Shown: positions 13,355 through 28,104, counted from the first letter of the stretch. The stretch is 64,000 nucleotides of DNA from Octopus vulgaris (GCA_951406725.2 OX597830.1:5332001-5396000); one strand, 5' to 3'. Program-made: numbers and translations. The notes: a model not told the origin generated them from the letters alone.

Positions 13355-14225
13355 GTCAGACTTAGAAAAATATGGTAGTCAGAACTCTCTTCTTATAACA
13401 AGGAAATATCCCACAATGCATTTGCAGTAGCAATGCTGATTCCAACATTTGGGATACTTGACTGGTCTGCAGAAAAACATCCTCTCGTAGACATCAGCTG
13501 GAAATCTCCACAAGAATTGTGATATCCCTAGGATCTACCTAAGAAGAAATAAAGGACGTAGAGACATGAGATCGGTGCTGACAGATATCGAATGCCGCAT
13601 AGCCTTTGCTTAATAACAACGGAAAAGACAAATAAAAATGAAGGACGCAGTGTTGCAAAATGAAAAAAACAATATCCTACGGGAAGAGAGTTCCTCAGAA
13701 AGTGCTCTCTTTCTGATGGCTTCCCATACAGCCCCAAACAGGCAGCCCAAGCACACCTCATAGAAGACCTGGGAGTGAAACGCTCAGCATACCGAAAAAA
13801 GATCATGCATGAGTTGGGTGTTTTTCTCATAGACTTGAAGAAGATAGTCACATTGGACTTGTGACCGCTACATCACATCACACTTCGATGGCTATGTATT
13901 AGCAATCCAAGAACAAGAGGTTGCTATTAAATACCTAATATTCGAAAATCAGGGCGAAAGAAGATAACTTTGGGCAACTGCTTCGAAACCTCCAGGCTTC
14001 CATATCCGGATTACAAATTTACATTTATACCAATGTAATTAAATGCTTAACTGTCAGTCTGGATAAGAAGAAATCAGCCAACTGGTTCGAATACTACAAA
14101 TGCAATCTGTAAGCGAAACAATAAAACTATACAAGAATTTTCTCAGGTTTAAAATGTGACATTGTTTTCGTTATCTACATTCCAAATACGGAACTTTGTA
14201 TCTTTGTTTAAATACAGCAGAAGCA

Positions 14226-14255
<30 letters not shown>
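13355..14255 (+). mobile_element. Decayed, internally deleted R4/Dong-like LINE 3' region with (CATA)n tail
   Basis: Frame-broken peptides HNAFAVAMLIPTFGILDW, AGNLHKNCDIPRIYLRRNKGRR, SHFDGYVLAIQEQEV, PDYKFTFIP, ETIKLYKNFLRFKM* match R4-clade post-RT and endonuclease regions. Confidence 0.75.
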
Positions 14256-14256
<1 letters not shown>

Positions 14257-14954
14257 TTAGTATTCAAGCAGTGAACATTGCTTCTTTATCCAGACTGTGC
14301 TTCTTAAGACGGAAGGATGAGGTGTGAAGGAGTTTTAATGTCTGTTACTTCAAGCATTTCGATTGACCACGTAGAATTCAAACTATTCTTTTGCGTATGA
14401 CTTGGATGTTTCCGAGGGGAAGAAGCTGTGATTGAAGCAATGGAAACCTAAATCTATCAAAGTCTATCTTTTACAGAAAAGGAAGAAACGAGATTCTAAC
14501 AATGGCAGTAATAACAGTACATTTAACAACTGCAACTACAATATTTCACCAAAATACTACATCGACAGCTATAAGAGCAACAACAACAATACCATCAATA
14601 TCGCCAATAACGACGTCAGTTTTGAATACAATAGCGTTGATAGGAACTTAGTAGACGGCAGCAATACAACAAAGGTATCAATAACGACAGAGATAATTGC
14701 ATATCTCCAGTTGTCAACTGCATTATGGATATCGCCGTGGCCATCATTAGCATCAAACTACAGAAGCAACTTCGTCAATAGGATGTTATGGTGGCGGTGA
14801 GAGTGGCAGAGGTGTAGACGAGGACACCAACAACAGCAACAATAAAGAATGTTTTAGCAGCAACGGTACTGGTGGCAGTGGCCGTGGTGATGCAAACGTG
14901 TGAAACATTTAGTGTAGAAAACTGCTAAGTTTGTTTTACAACTGCAATAGAAAT

Positions 14955-14990
<36 letters not shown>

Positions 14991-16825
14991 TACATTAGAA
15001 ACGGCTGCAATAACGGGAAAAAGCTAATCAGCGACGACGGAAGGAAAAAAGAAAATCTGTGTGCAATTTATCAAGGAGAGAATGTCTCTTAAACTTCCGT
15101 TAAATAGCAGAGAAAACGGAACAGGAGGTGGACCAATCAACTGTGAATATCTGTGAAGAAACAGGAGAAAGTAGAGAGAAAGAGAGAAAAAAGAAAACAG
15201 AAAATTCGACGAAGAGGCAATAAAATACACAAAGAAAAAATGTAATGTAGATGATGAAATAAAAATACAGATAAGTGGAGAAAAATGATTTCTATCTCGA
15301 TGGGGTTTGGGCGGGGGAGTAAATGCCTCGACGACCCGGATGTTAGGAAAATACTTCATAATGCCATATTGTAATGTGCGTCTGGAGGGGGTCGGGATAG
15401 GTTTTGTTCATGAAAATTAAAAACAACAACTGGAATCTGAAAAAAGCCGGTGATGATTTATGTCTTGACAATTGTGAAAAGTGGAGAGAAGTGAGATATT
15501 ATTGAATAATAGTGATGTCGAGAATACACAGAATGATCTAAAGTCGTCTGCTTTGCATGGAGACGAAAATATCCGAGAATATCCGAGTGTCGAAGCTGTT
15601 TTATTTGTGACGATAAAACATCGGCAGGAACGGCTTTGTGTGTAAACAAAAAATCACAGCCATCATCATCATCACCATCATCATCATAAGCGTCAACAAC
15701 AACAAAAAGAGCAAAAAGCAGTGGCAACAAGGCAAAAAACGAGCACGAGGTAGCGATTAAGATGCTCAATAAAAAAGCGAAACTAAATCTATTAACGAAA
15801 GGTCGGATTGTGGTAATGAACATCAGTTTGCCTGCATAACTACCATATTCTTGTGAAATAAACAAAATTCTTCACTCAGAACATTGCTATGCTGCAGACA
15901 TCCACTTCAGTAGGGACTTAAAGCGTCGTGATTAATGATGTGCCAACAAGTGCCGTGGAGTACACCATTGAGTGAGTTTCCTGTAGGCATTTACTCAAAG
16001 TTCAAAGTGAGCTGAAGACTTCGCTCAGATGCAAACGAAGAAAAAGCGGTCATTATTTGGAATATTCTCCGATTCAGTATTGTGCCAACAATCCAACAGG
16101 GAGATGAGAGTATTGCAAAGCATGAAGAGTTACAATTGTTCAATATAGAGAATTGGTAGAGATATGAGAAGCTATGTTCTGGGATTAACGGAAAGCGTTG
16201 ACGGAGATGTGACCTGCATGATCACATCCACCAGTTTATCTTCTGTTTGTGAATATCCGCTTATACATAAGATTCAATCATTCATAAAGGAACAAAGAAA
16301 CGGTTTTGAAACTGGGAAAAAAATGATGCTGATAGAGTATTCCGTCGCTATTGTAACATTTGTTGGAATAAGATTACAAAAGAACAAAACACAAATAATT
16401 GAACGTACACCAACACTAAATTTGCTCATGTGATGCTTGCGAAGAACACTCTCAATATTGAAATGGTGGCAGGGATGAAAGGTTTCTTTCAGGAAACTAA
16501 TATCAATATTAAAGTTCTGAAGAGAAAAACAGGCAGTTCCATCAAAGCTATCATTCGTAATTCTTTCATTTTTGTTTCATAGAATCACGATGTTACCATA
16601 TATAGTTACGACATGCATGATTTAACAAACATATTTATTAACCAGAAAGAGAGAGAACCAGTGTCATTTAGAGTTGTATTCTCATATGTTACATTGACGG
16701 TATAACTCCAAGTGTTGCTAGAAGGTTTGGCGAACACGAAAACAATCATCATATATTTCACCAACTTGTACAAGACAAACACGGTGGATCAATCGATAAT
16801 TTAGGTATATATACTGTATATGGAA

Positions 16826-17140
16826 AAGGCGCGTAGATTAGAGGCCACAGTATTCGGCTCACGATTGTATGGCCGTGAGTTCTATTCTCAGTGGTGCGCT
16901 GTGTCCTTGAGCAAGACATTTTATTTCACGTTGCTCCAGTTCACTCAGCTGGCAAAAATGAGTAGTAATTCAAAGGGCCAGGCTTGTCACATTCTGTATT
17001 ACGCTGAAATTCTCTGAGAACTACCTTAAGGTCATATGTGTCTGTGGAGTACTCAGCCACTTGCATATTAATTTCATGAGCAGTCTGTTCCATTCATCGG
17101 ACCAATTGGAACACTAGTAGTCATAACCGACGGAGAGCCA
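16826..17140 (+). mobile_element. SINE family C (tRNA head plus CORE-like gtgtccttgagcaagac domain)
   Basis: gtgtccttgagcaagacattttatttcacgttgctccagttcactcagctg; related copies at 34090-34312 (-) and 45985-46110 (+). Confidence 0.8.
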
Positions 17141-19051
17141 GAGCATATTATTTCACAACTTTTAGAGCACGAAGCGCTCCTCACGGACGCAGGTTCGTAA
17201 GGTGGTTGTGATCTGTAAATAGTTATGCGTAGGAACCGGAAAGGGAAGTATGGAAACACAATGCACAGGCGCACACTGAGTTCGTAAAACGGAAGAGAAG
17301 GAAAAAACGCAATGCTCACGTGGAAATACAACGGAAAAGCAAAATAAAGCGAGTTATATGTTGGCCTGCATTCCACGCCTGACATCACTATCAGCTTTAC
17401 AGCAATTTTCTGGTATGCTATTATATTCATGCAATACCTCTGGCTGATCAATTTCTGCAATAGGTCCCTGAATCAACCCATACGCAGGAGTAGAAATCTT
17501 AAACTTATGTCTGGGTGGACCAGCACCCGTCCAACTTATTTCCAGAACTTTGATGTTCCCTGACCATACTCTGAACTCAGTAACCATTCCTCAAGTTGCC
17601 TTTGACGGTCTTCTCTCCATAAATATATAATGTGTTTTACATTTTATGGTGCGCTTCCATTGCCTCCTTAGAAACATCCGGGTTTTGGACGTGGCCGATA
17701 TTAAAAAATGTCGAGAATTACTGATTTAGAACCATTGGTTTATCTGTTTTAGAAGACGAAGGAATCTGGTTTGAAAGCAAATGGTAAACACATTAAATAG
17801 AAGAATTGGGGAAAAGTAAGTTACGTAATAGACAGAGAAGCGTCGGGCTAAATTTAGGTTCACTTACATTTCATTCATTAAATATCTACTCCTCACTCTG
17901 GTTTTCCCGCTTATTATGCCATAAAATAAATTCTAGAAGCATTTCTAAGATTAAACACTTCAGCACCAGAAATCATAAAAGAGAGTAGATTGGGCGGTAC
18001 TTTGATAGTAATATGTCTAATGGAATTTCGAGTTAGAGTTTTACGTCACAGCTTAAGAAGGTTAAGAATGTGAGTAAGAACCTCTTAGAGCAGTTTAGAA
18101 CCTGAAGCACAGCAACAACAACAAGTGCACCAGCAATTACACCACCCGTAATTCTAAGTGTCTCAATGATTTAATATCCGTGAAAGAAAAAAAAAATCTA
18201 CAACCTACAACACCCATATCTATAAATAGACATGCGATCATCTTGGCTGTTTCTTCCTAAATTAAAAACCTGGCAACGCTGCAATATCCGCTTCGATTCT
18301 AAAGCTTCAGAATAAATTCAACTTAACCTTAACATATACTATTTATATACTCGAAAATTATACAAAGATCTTTACGTTTACTACCTCTTAACTCATTGAA
18401 TATATTGACAGTCATCGCTGTCTAAGATACAATATTTAGCCAGTGCCGTGATGTTGTCTTCACAATATCTCGATCGGGGTTCTATTCTAAGGAGTAGTTA
18501 TTTCTACTGATATTCCTAATGTTTCCGAGAAGAATGTGTAAGTCCTAAGATTTCGATCATTCGTCAATAAATATAAAATGCTCAGCCTAATGCTTATAAG
18601 CGCAGGATCTAATTTTTTCATGATCACTCTTTACATATATCAATGCGCTTCGAATGACAAGGGAAATACATACGTAACATTTGCGACGGATGTGGCTGCC
18701 GCTTAGTAAACGTTTCTTCAGTGTGATCATAAGAAGTGACTTAGTACTTCTCTCACTGAGCCTAGCTGTCTGTGCAATACTGAATAACAAAGATCTTTAG
18801 AGACTGAAATAGAGACAAACTGATGCTGCTACTGTCACTGAATCTCTGGCTCAAAGATTCTTTCAAGGGCACCAGTTGTGGGTTACGCAAACAATTTAAA
18901 TAACTTGAATAGTGAATTATTTTCAGACATCATCAAAGACTTTCTAAGAACTGATTTAACAAAATTTCACTGAAGTCGTCTAATAAAATTGAAATATGTC
19001 CACAGTTGTCTCTCGTACCTTCTGCCTAAGCTCTCTCTCTCTTCATATATA

Positions 19052-19645
19052 TATACTTTGATACTTTGATAGGTTTCGGCCAGTATTACCCCAGGCCTTA
19101 CCTATCTTGATAAAACCACGTGGCAAAGTCATTCAAATCAGGAATCGCACAACATGGCCCACTCAAGTAGAGTTATTATTTACGGAGACATATCCTGGTG
19201 TAGGGGGTTTATCCGGGATTTTATTAAGGAATTGGTCCAAAGACTTCTTGAACTTTATGGGGTATGTCTCTGCTTTAATGTGTTTTGGTGTAATGTTAAA
19301 GAGAGCGGGGACAATTGAGGTGAAATAATTGTGCCGTATTGTTGTTATGTGATGCGAGTATGATTTTTGTTGTGGGCGGATAGCACGGGGCCCAAGTCTT
19401 GGCTGTATCTTAAAGTCGATGCCGACATCATTTGGGCAATGCTGATGGAATATTTCCCACATCATGCAGATGATGTAGCGCTCACGGCGGTGTTGGAACG
19501 AATAAATCTTGAGCTTTTCTAGTCGACTCCAATAGTCAAAGCCTGTAAGACCATCTTTTTTGTAATTGACTTTTGAAGTGCTTCAATTTTCATGATAATT
19601 TGTTTCGGGTGGAGAGACTGCAGTGGACAACAGTATTCAAGATTA
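19052..19645 (-). mobile_element. 5'-truncated CR1-group LINE 3' end
   Basis: LEYCCPL..IEALQKSITKK /frameshift/ GFDYWSRLEKLKIYSFQHRRERYIICMMWEI...FKKSLDQFLNKIPDKP, typical CR1/L2-group ORF2 C-terminus; 3' stem-loop and (CAAAGTAT)2 tail. Confidence 0.85.
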
Positions 19646-20044
19646 CAATATTTCAAAAAATTATTTTCGTAATTAAAAATTATACGAAAAAAAAAACAAA
19701 ACAGAATAACACGAAAGTTTGGGAAGCAAGCTTTCGAATGGTGTGCAAACACTTTCTCTGTTTACAGTTTTTCAAACACACGTATTATATGATAATTTGT
19801 ATAGACAATGTTGTCTTTAGTAGTAGAATCGAATGTATGTATGTATGTATGTACGTATGTATGTATGTGTATATACATATATGTATGTGTCTGTATGTAT
19901 GTATATATGCGTGTGTGCATGTATGCATGTATGTGTGCGAATATGCGTGTATGCTTGTGTGTATGTATGTGTATCTGTGTACATGTATGTATGCATGTGT
20001 GCATGTATGTTTGAGTGTATGTATATCAATGGATAATAATATCC

Positions 20045-20268
20045 AATGAATTTACTGGTTTCTTAGCTACTATTTATTTTGAGTATTAATTTTAGTACTC
20101 AAAAATAATTAATTAAATAAACCGAGGTTTATATTTATTTAAGAAAAAATAAGAAAATTGAGATAAATCAATTAATAATTACATTTATTAATTTCAAAAA
20201 TAGACATAGTCCCTGACAGCTGTTTCGATTCAGACTTTAAAAATTAATTAAAATAATCAGATCATTAT
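20045..20268 (-). mobile_element. AT-rich PLE-LTR-like fragment with 3' half of a hammerhead motif
   Basis: Minus strand gaatc-GAAAC-agct-GTC-aggga at about 20208-20232 (palindromic ACAGCTGT as at 44044); CUGAUGA half not recognisable. Confidence 0.4.
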
Positions 20269-20675
20269 AAATACTAGTCGGAGTACTCGTGCGGTACCCG
20301 GTGCACATGTTCAGGTAATACTCATTTGATGGAAAGAAGGAGCTAGTGTACAGCACAAACATTTGATCACTAGAAACAAAACTTTTTGTGCTGGATGTTT
20401 AGCAATTGCAGAAAGGGAATTTCGCGGGTTAACGTCGTCGTCATCATCATCATCATATAAGTATGTAGGTATATATATATATATGCAGACACATACATAC
20501 ACAATACATAAACACATATACATTACATACATACATATGTATGTATGTGTATATATATATATATATAGATATAGATATAGATTACATATATATATATAAA
20601 CATAATGGCAAGACATCTTGAAATAAAACTGAACAATGACATACATACATATATGTATATATATATATATACATA

Positions 20676-20747
<72 letters not shown>

Positions 20748-21899
20748 AGAGAGAGAGAGAGAGAGAGGGGTAGAAAGAGAGAGTATCTTACATTTTGCAA
20801 TGACCTCGCTTATTCGGTGCGCTCAATGAAATCTGCAAGCCAGCGTCTTTAGTGAATTTTTTTTCACCAGTTTCCACCGAATATTCTTTTGTTTTAATAA
20901 TAATGAAAGGAAAAAGCAAAGCAAAAGCAATATTATAACAATGAAGAATAAATAAAGAAATGAAACAAAAAATATCAAAATTCTAAGAATTTCCAGCAGT
21001 AACCATCTATGAAGTAATTTTGTTTTAATTTCGATGTTATAGAAAATGTAATCTGTGGAAATCTAATTTCTGGAATTTAATTATTTCGTTTTCTCACACA
21101 ACTGTTACCTAGCGTCTATCTTTAGTAGGCAAAAAAGAAAAAAGAAAAAAGAAAAAGAAAAAAAGCAAATGAAAATAAAAAGTAAAATAGAATAATTTAA
21201 AAAAGGAAGTTACGAACACTATAAAACAAGTAATTTCTAATTGAATGAATTTGCCTTAGGGAACAAACGGTGACTAAGGTTGAGAAGAAATTCGCGCTGA
21301 GAGAAAAATAAGAAGAGAAAAAAAGCCGTGGAAAGAGACGTAAAAGAAAAGTAGTTCATTGTGTTGCGACCCGCCTGACTATCAGATACCTTTATCTTCT
21401 GCAGCAGAAAACCAGTTTATTTCATCAAAAGTATGTGCTTATGGCAATCTTTAATTTGTTGTTCCCCCCCCCGCCTCTCTCTCTCTCTCTCTCTTCATCT
21501 CTCCCTCCCCCCTCTCTCTCTCTTCCGTCTTGCTCAATAGAAATTGGTCAATGAAAGGAAATAAATTATTCCTCCTCTTTTAGTGTCAGACAAACGATAG
21601 AATTTTGTAAATGACAGAAAAAAAGAAAAACAATATTGTCTATTAAATTGACTGTGAAATATTACTGGTATTATTTTCACTTTGACAATTAAGATGCGAC
21701 ATTGATTCCTTAACAAAACAGAAATCTACAAATTTATAAACTGAAACTATGAGATTCTGAGTCTTTCGTGCTTCTAAACAATTTAGCTCTATGTCTTCAT
21801 ACGCCAGAAGCTTTAATCGAGCACTCTGAATTTCACAATTCTTTAAGTCCTGTAAGATTTATTTAAGCTTCTTAAAGTCGATATATGTCTGAAAATCAA

Positions 21900-22056
21900 G
21901 GCGGTTAGCTGGCAGATTCGTTATCATGCCGGGCAAAATGCTTAGTAGCACTTCGTCCGTTTTTACGTTCTGAGTTCACATTCCGACGAGGTCGACTTTA
22001 CCTTTCATCCTTTCTGGGTCGATAAATGAATTACCAATGAAACACTGGTGTCGAGA
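21900..22056 (+). mobile_element. SINE family A, interrupted by mariner end
   Basis: ggcggttagctggcagattcgttatcatgccgggcaaaatgc...gaggtcgactttacctttcatcc; stops at TA of the mariner TIR. Confidence 0.9.
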
Positions 22057-22430
22057 TACGAGGAGCGGCTAAAAAGTTCATAGGCTGACCAAGAGGCTCT
22101 CATGGAATGTAACCAATTGAATTTTATTTCTCTTACGGTGCACACACTTCTTCCATCGATGTTCCCGTGTCTGGAAACCATGGTGAAGCTTTCATCCTGC
22201 TATTGAAAAAGTCATCAGCTGCAGATATGACATCAACCCCGCTGAGCTACTGGTTCTCAGCCAAGTGTTCTTTCATGTTGGGGACCAGATGAGAGTCAGA
22301 TGGGAACAAATGAGAAGAATAGGGTGAGTGATCAACCAATTCAAAGCCAGAGTCACGCACAGTAACCATTGAAATCAAGCACTTCTGTGCTGGAGTATTA
22401 TGATGACCAAACAAAAACCCTCTTGTCAGT
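22057..22430 (-). mobile_element. Mariner (DD34D) transposase C-terminal relic plus TIR
   Basis: LFGHHNTPAQKCLISMVTVRDSGFELVDHSPYSSHLFPSDSHLVPNMKEHL is a decayed QDNAPAH...HPPYSPDLAPSD motif; TIR TAcgaggagcggctaaaaagttc. Confidence 0.9.
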
Positions 22431-22445
22431 TTCTGATAAATGCAT

Positions 22446-22882
22446 AGGTGGCGTTGGTGTTGGTGGTGGTGATGTTGGGGTTGATATTGTTGTTGTTGTT
22501 GATAGTGGTGGTGGTGGTGGTGGTGGTGGTAATTGTGATGAAGATAGCAGCTGCTCGTGTAGATACAATTTAACAGCAAATATTACATTTATTTCTATCT
22601 ATATTTACCCAAATATACCACCACCACCACCACCACTACCACAACCACCACAACCACCACAACCACCACAACCACCACCACCACCACCTCCACCACTACC
22701 ACCACCACCGCCCCCGCCGCCGCTGTCACCACCACCACCTCCTCCTCCTGCTGCTCCTCTCCCTCCTCTCGCACACCCAACTCCTCTAAGCAAATATAGT
22801 TTGGGCGACGATAATCCCAATAACATCAGCGACTACTACTACTACTACTACTACGACTACTACTACTACTACTACTACTACT
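22446..22882. repeat. (GGT)n, (CCA/CCG/CCT)n and (TAC)n trinucleotide tracts
   Basis: Directly visible; source of poly-G/P/Y ORF 22369..23028. Confidence 0.92.
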
Positions 22883-23151
22883 GCGCAATCATATGTATGA
22901 TATATATGTATATATATATTTATACATACATGCACACAGATTCACACAAGTATGCATGTATACAGTTATTAGAGATTGCAGATTCAGAAGCGAAACACGA
23001 GAGATCACTGGTATATATAATGCGATAGAGAGAGATGATTTATTATCGATTCGAAATAATAATATATTAAATGCTCAGAGCAAAACGACCAATGTGCCAC
23101 TTTCATTAGTACGCCATGCCTTGAGCATTATTTAATATATTAGTCTGCCAC

Positions 23152-23192
<41 letters not shown>

Positions 23193-23241
23193 AACACAAA
23201 CACACAAGCAAACAAAGACACACACATGCACACACACACAT

Positions 23242-23290
<49 letters not shown>

Positions 23291-23349
23291 TACACATATA
23301 TATAAGTATATATATATCTATATGTATATGTATATATATATATATTTAT

Positions 23350-23383
<34 letters not shown>

Positions 23384-23402
23384 ATACATATATATATGTA
23401 TG

Positions 23403-23455
<53 letters not shown>

Positions 23456-24171
23456 CAAAATTCTATCAAAATTGTTAATGGAATTGGCTAACTGTTTACT
23501 AGATGAATAACTAATTGAAATCGTATTTCTATTAAAAAGTGAATGTTAACTTATTTCAGACATGAAAATTAAAAGATAGTGTTATGCAGACACACTTCGA
23601 AGTTTGTATTTCGGAATTGTGTAATTCATTCTAAACGGTCCGTTCTAGCAGCGATGTGTCAAAGATGGCTAATTCGACCAGCAAAATGTACAAACATTGG
23701 AATAATATAATATCATTTTAATCTCTACTTTTAAAAACCTTTTAACTGCCAAAAGTTACTTCTCAGGCAATTTTACCATAATTTCGAAACATTCAATTGT
23801 GAACAAAAACATTAGTTTTCCTCGCACTCATTGGCTGCACGAGCACGCACACGCACACACACACTTATACATTTTATATATCGTTTACATAAATTCAGAA
23901 GTTTTCGTATGCCTGTACACACCCAATGTTCTTATGCTGGAAGGATTTTTGTTATTGCGTCCCGTTCAAAGCCAAATTCCAGATACTAAAATGTTCTCTG
24001 GCAACATCGAAGCATTTACAGAACCAGTTACCATGATATTATGATGAAGGCCATTTTGCATGTAACATATTCCTTCTAGTGTTTTCGATAAATAATCAGA
24101 GATTTGAAGAATGTCGACACCAGTCTTTTCAGATTTCAATGGGACATCACGATAGAAGTGAATCTAGTAAA

Positions 24172-24355
24172 ATATTGGTTTCAAATTTTGGTACAAGGCC
24201 AGCAATTTAAGGAGAGCGGGCAAACCGATTACATGTTCCCCGAAGAAATGAAAGGTACAGTCAACCTCGGTGGCATTTCAACTGAGAATGTTGGGACGAA
24301 TGAAATACCGTTAAGGATGTTACTCGGCAAGCTGACGATTCTACCTGCTCTCCAT
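24172..24355 (-). mobile_element. SINE family A, internally deleted
   Basis: tattggtttcaaattttggtacaaggccagcaatt...gtcaacctcggtggcatttcaactgagaatg. Confidence 0.8.
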
Positions 24356-24475
24356 CTTGAATTTGGCAAAAGTGCTGCAATGAATATTCTGGATACTTTC
24401 CATAATATAGATCCGAACTTACGAGATCTTCATACAGAAACAATAGTTCGGCGTTATAGATTTTGAAATCACTCA

Positions 24476-24548
<73 letters not shown>

Positions 24549-26041
24549 ACAAATACACACAAATACACACACACACACTGACTTGCACGCACACACTCAA
24601 AATCAAATATGGGGAATTTAGTTTAAGAGTGAGTGCTGACGCAAACCTTTGCATAGTTAATCTTTAAAACATCACTTTAGACTGAATGAATAAATTTTAG
24701 CCGTCTTTAAAACTCATTGTAGCATTATTATGTATAACTACATATTCAAACCGCCAACTATTTTTAGAATACTTCATAGCCGAAATAAACACGCCATACT
24801 TATCGTAAACGAGGCCGCATTCATTAAAACTCGTGTAAAAAACACACTATTATAACGAGCTACTTAGTAACAGTATCTTTACCGATACAATAGAAAATGA
24901 AAGCTGCATAAAGTGTAAGAATAGTGCAAGAAAAAATCCATGGCATAATCCAGTTTATAGTCTAAACGTTGGCACTCACATTATATATTGCATAAGACTT
25001 CTTAACCATAATCTCTGTAAATCATTTGAAAAATAATATAATACGACGAAGAGAAGATTTTTATGTACCTTTTAGTCTAAAATGATCGCAAATTCCATTG
25101 AATATTTAACTAAAAAAAATATTTCTAGCCACAACAATACATATATGTCACTTCATTGCTGTAAAACAATTGCCCCCATACCTTTGATGATCATGCAGAA
25201 GGTCTGATCTGAATTATTTAAATCTAAAACTTAAACATAATATTGACCTTCATATTCATCAAGAAATCTGAAAAACTTTGCCACAAGCCTCACAAAACGT
25301 GTCTATTTTATTGTTAAAGGAAACAAAATCCTGATTGCTGTGTAAAAATCCAACAGTTCATCTTCGCTCACTCTCTCCCGTATATACATAGCAGTTTTCT
25401 TTCAAACTTTCGCGGCAAAAATCGTCTATATATTATTTCAAGGCAACTGAATGAATGAAAATTCATTCATCCTTCGCGAGCATGTATCTAAAACCAGTTG
25501 ACTGAAGCATTAACATATCCACAAATTACTGATTGGTGCAGCAAAATCTGCAAGAATGGGATTAATATGACAAGTATTATTTACTTCCGCTTTTCAAGGC
25601 ACTTCATTATTTTGGGTTATTTCCCTTGCACTATTTTAATCTCTTTTAATCTTAATTTCTTTCATTTGTCAACTGAATTTCTTTCATGCATTCATATACG
25701 TCTTTACTCCTATCATATTAATATCTATCAGTCTTTATTCTTACCTTCGCACTTCTAAGCGCCATTTTCTCTATTTGCCAAACAAGAGTTACATAGTTAA
25801 TAATATTCATTTTTATTCCATATCAACCAACATATTTCAACTGGAATATTCATGTATTTTGTTTGTAAACTACGTATATTTACCGTGATACGTACATACA
25901 TACATACATACATACATACAAACATATATATATATATATATATCGTAGCCTGCCGTGTAGATACATAGATAGATAAACGTATGTATGTAGGTATGAATGT
26001 ATGTATGCATGTATGTATGTATGTATGTATGTATGTATGTA

Positions 26042-26102
<61 letters not shown>

Positions 26103-26143
26103 GTCTGTATGTCTGTTTGTATGTCTGTATGAATGTGTGTATC

Positions 26144-26228
<85 letters not shown>

Positions 26229-26917
26229 CTTACAGACGTACATCTAGATGTAACTATATGTATACATAGATACATAAATACATATATGTAGTACATATAT
26301 TCACACATCTATACGCACATACATATATATAGATATACATATGAGGCATATGCGATTGACGCTCATACACACACACACACACACACACACCAAACATGTA
26401 TATACGAATGTATTCGCATGTATGTATATTTATATATATACATGTGTGTGTGTGTGTGCTTGTGCGCGTAGATGTGTATATATGTATGTATGTGTTTGTG
26501 AGGTCGCGTGCGTGTGCACTTGTGTGTGGATGTGTTACTGTCATTTTCAATTATTACATTCTGAATAATTTTAGAGTGCTTTTCAATCAACAAACTCCGC
26601 TGCAATACTTTCCGTCTTCTACAATCTTTAAATGGCAAACGTTTGAGTGGTCTACACTAATGACAATATGTCACTTAGTGAGGTAGCCGTTACAAGCAAA
26701 GAACAGCGATATATTACCGAATACATTTTTCTGTTTGGTTCAATTCGATCTATCGCAACGCTTACTACGTCCGTTTGCAAATACACACACGTGTGTGTGT
26801 GTATGTATGCCTACGTGTGCGTGTGTAAGTATAAATATATACACATACATACGTACACACATTTATATACTCATAAATACCTACACACAAATATGTATAA
26901 ATATATATGTGCATGTA

Positions 26918-26955
<38 letters not shown>

Positions 26956-26957
<2 letters not shown>

Positions 26958-27115
26958 TGCAGGCGTGGGTGTGTCGTAAGAAGCTTCCTTCCCAACCACA
27001 TGGTTCCGAGTTCAGTCCCACTGCGTGACACTTTGGGAAAGTGTCTTCTACTATAGCCTCGAGCTGACCAAAGTCTTGTGAATCGATTTAGTAGAGGGAA
27101 ACTGAAAGAAGCTCG

Positions 27116-27161
<46 letters not shown>

Positions 27162-27434
27162 ATATATATATGCATGTATGTATGTATGTATGTGTGTATG
27201 CATGTGCGTATGCATGTATATATATTTGTGAATCTATGTTTGTCCCCCACCTTCGCTTGACAACCGATGTTGGTGTGTTAACGCCCCCGTAACCTAGCGT
27301 TTCGGCAAAAGTAACCGATATAATAAGTACTAGGCTCACAAAGAATAAGTCCTGGGGAAGATTTGTTTGACTAAAGGCGGTGCTCTAGCACGGTCGCAGT
27401 CAAATGACTGAAACAAGTAAACGAATAAAAGAAT
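26956..27434 (+). mobile_element. Full-length SINE family B: tRNA head, CORE-like segment, internal (TA/TG)n, 3' module
   Basis: Head ggtgcaggcgtgggtgtgtcgtaag...ggttccgagttcagtccc; family segment gcgtggcaccttgggcaagtg resembles the CORE domain; 3' stem-loop cagtca-aa-tgactg-aaac and (AAAAGAAT)-type tail. Confidence 0.92.
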
Positions 27435-28103
27435 ATATGTATATTATTTCCTAGTCTAGGCATAAAGCCCGAAATTCTGGGGGGGGGGGGTCGATTAGAT
27501 CGCCCCCCCATATGAGGCTATGCTAACAGGCATATGCCGTGGAATGGGATTGAACTTGAAACTACTTTCTTCTGAAGCAAACTTCATAACTACATAGTCG
27601 TTTCTACACCGGTAATAGCAGTTCTTTTAGAGGCGAGAGTATCTGGTTCTCGCCAACAACTTGTTAAAGTGCATCTAATTTAAAACCAAAAAAAACATTC
27701 ACTTGGAGAAATGGTAACATTATTTCATCTATGGCAATGTTGAAACGATTCCAAAGATACTAAATACCAAAGTGAATCTTGAGTGTCTGCTGGCAGAAAA
27801 CAGCTACTGTTGACAGTGTACCATCAAAAATGTGTCAGCCGAAGGCGATACTAGAATTCGAGAACGCTCGATCACATATTTCATATTCAAAATTAATTCG
27901 TTTCTGGAGTTCCATAAAATTAAATCGGATAAAATTGCTCGAGTGTTTCACCTATATTTCTGCAGTTGACTTTATTTATTGCTTGTCTCACAACGTTCTA
28001 TAGAATCTCATATCTACATGGCATCTCTGTGTACCTACATATGCACATTATTCCATACCTACCAGCAATATACAGAAATGCCACCACACGTGCATAACTT
28101 TGA

Positions 28104-28104
<1 letters not shown>

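Noticed and set aside
22369-23028. 219-aa poly-Pro/Gly/Tyr ORF resembling a formin or extensin
   Set aside because: Made of a mariner relic plus trinucleotide and (TA)n tracts; no domain or splice support.
24407-24420. 13-nt match to the miR-100 3' portion (tagatccgaactt)
   Set aside because: Seed absent and no precursor hairpin; chance.
25880-27339. Many [12 protein letters not shown] ORFs here and throughout
   Set aside because: Di- and tetranucleotide repeats lack stop codons in several frames.
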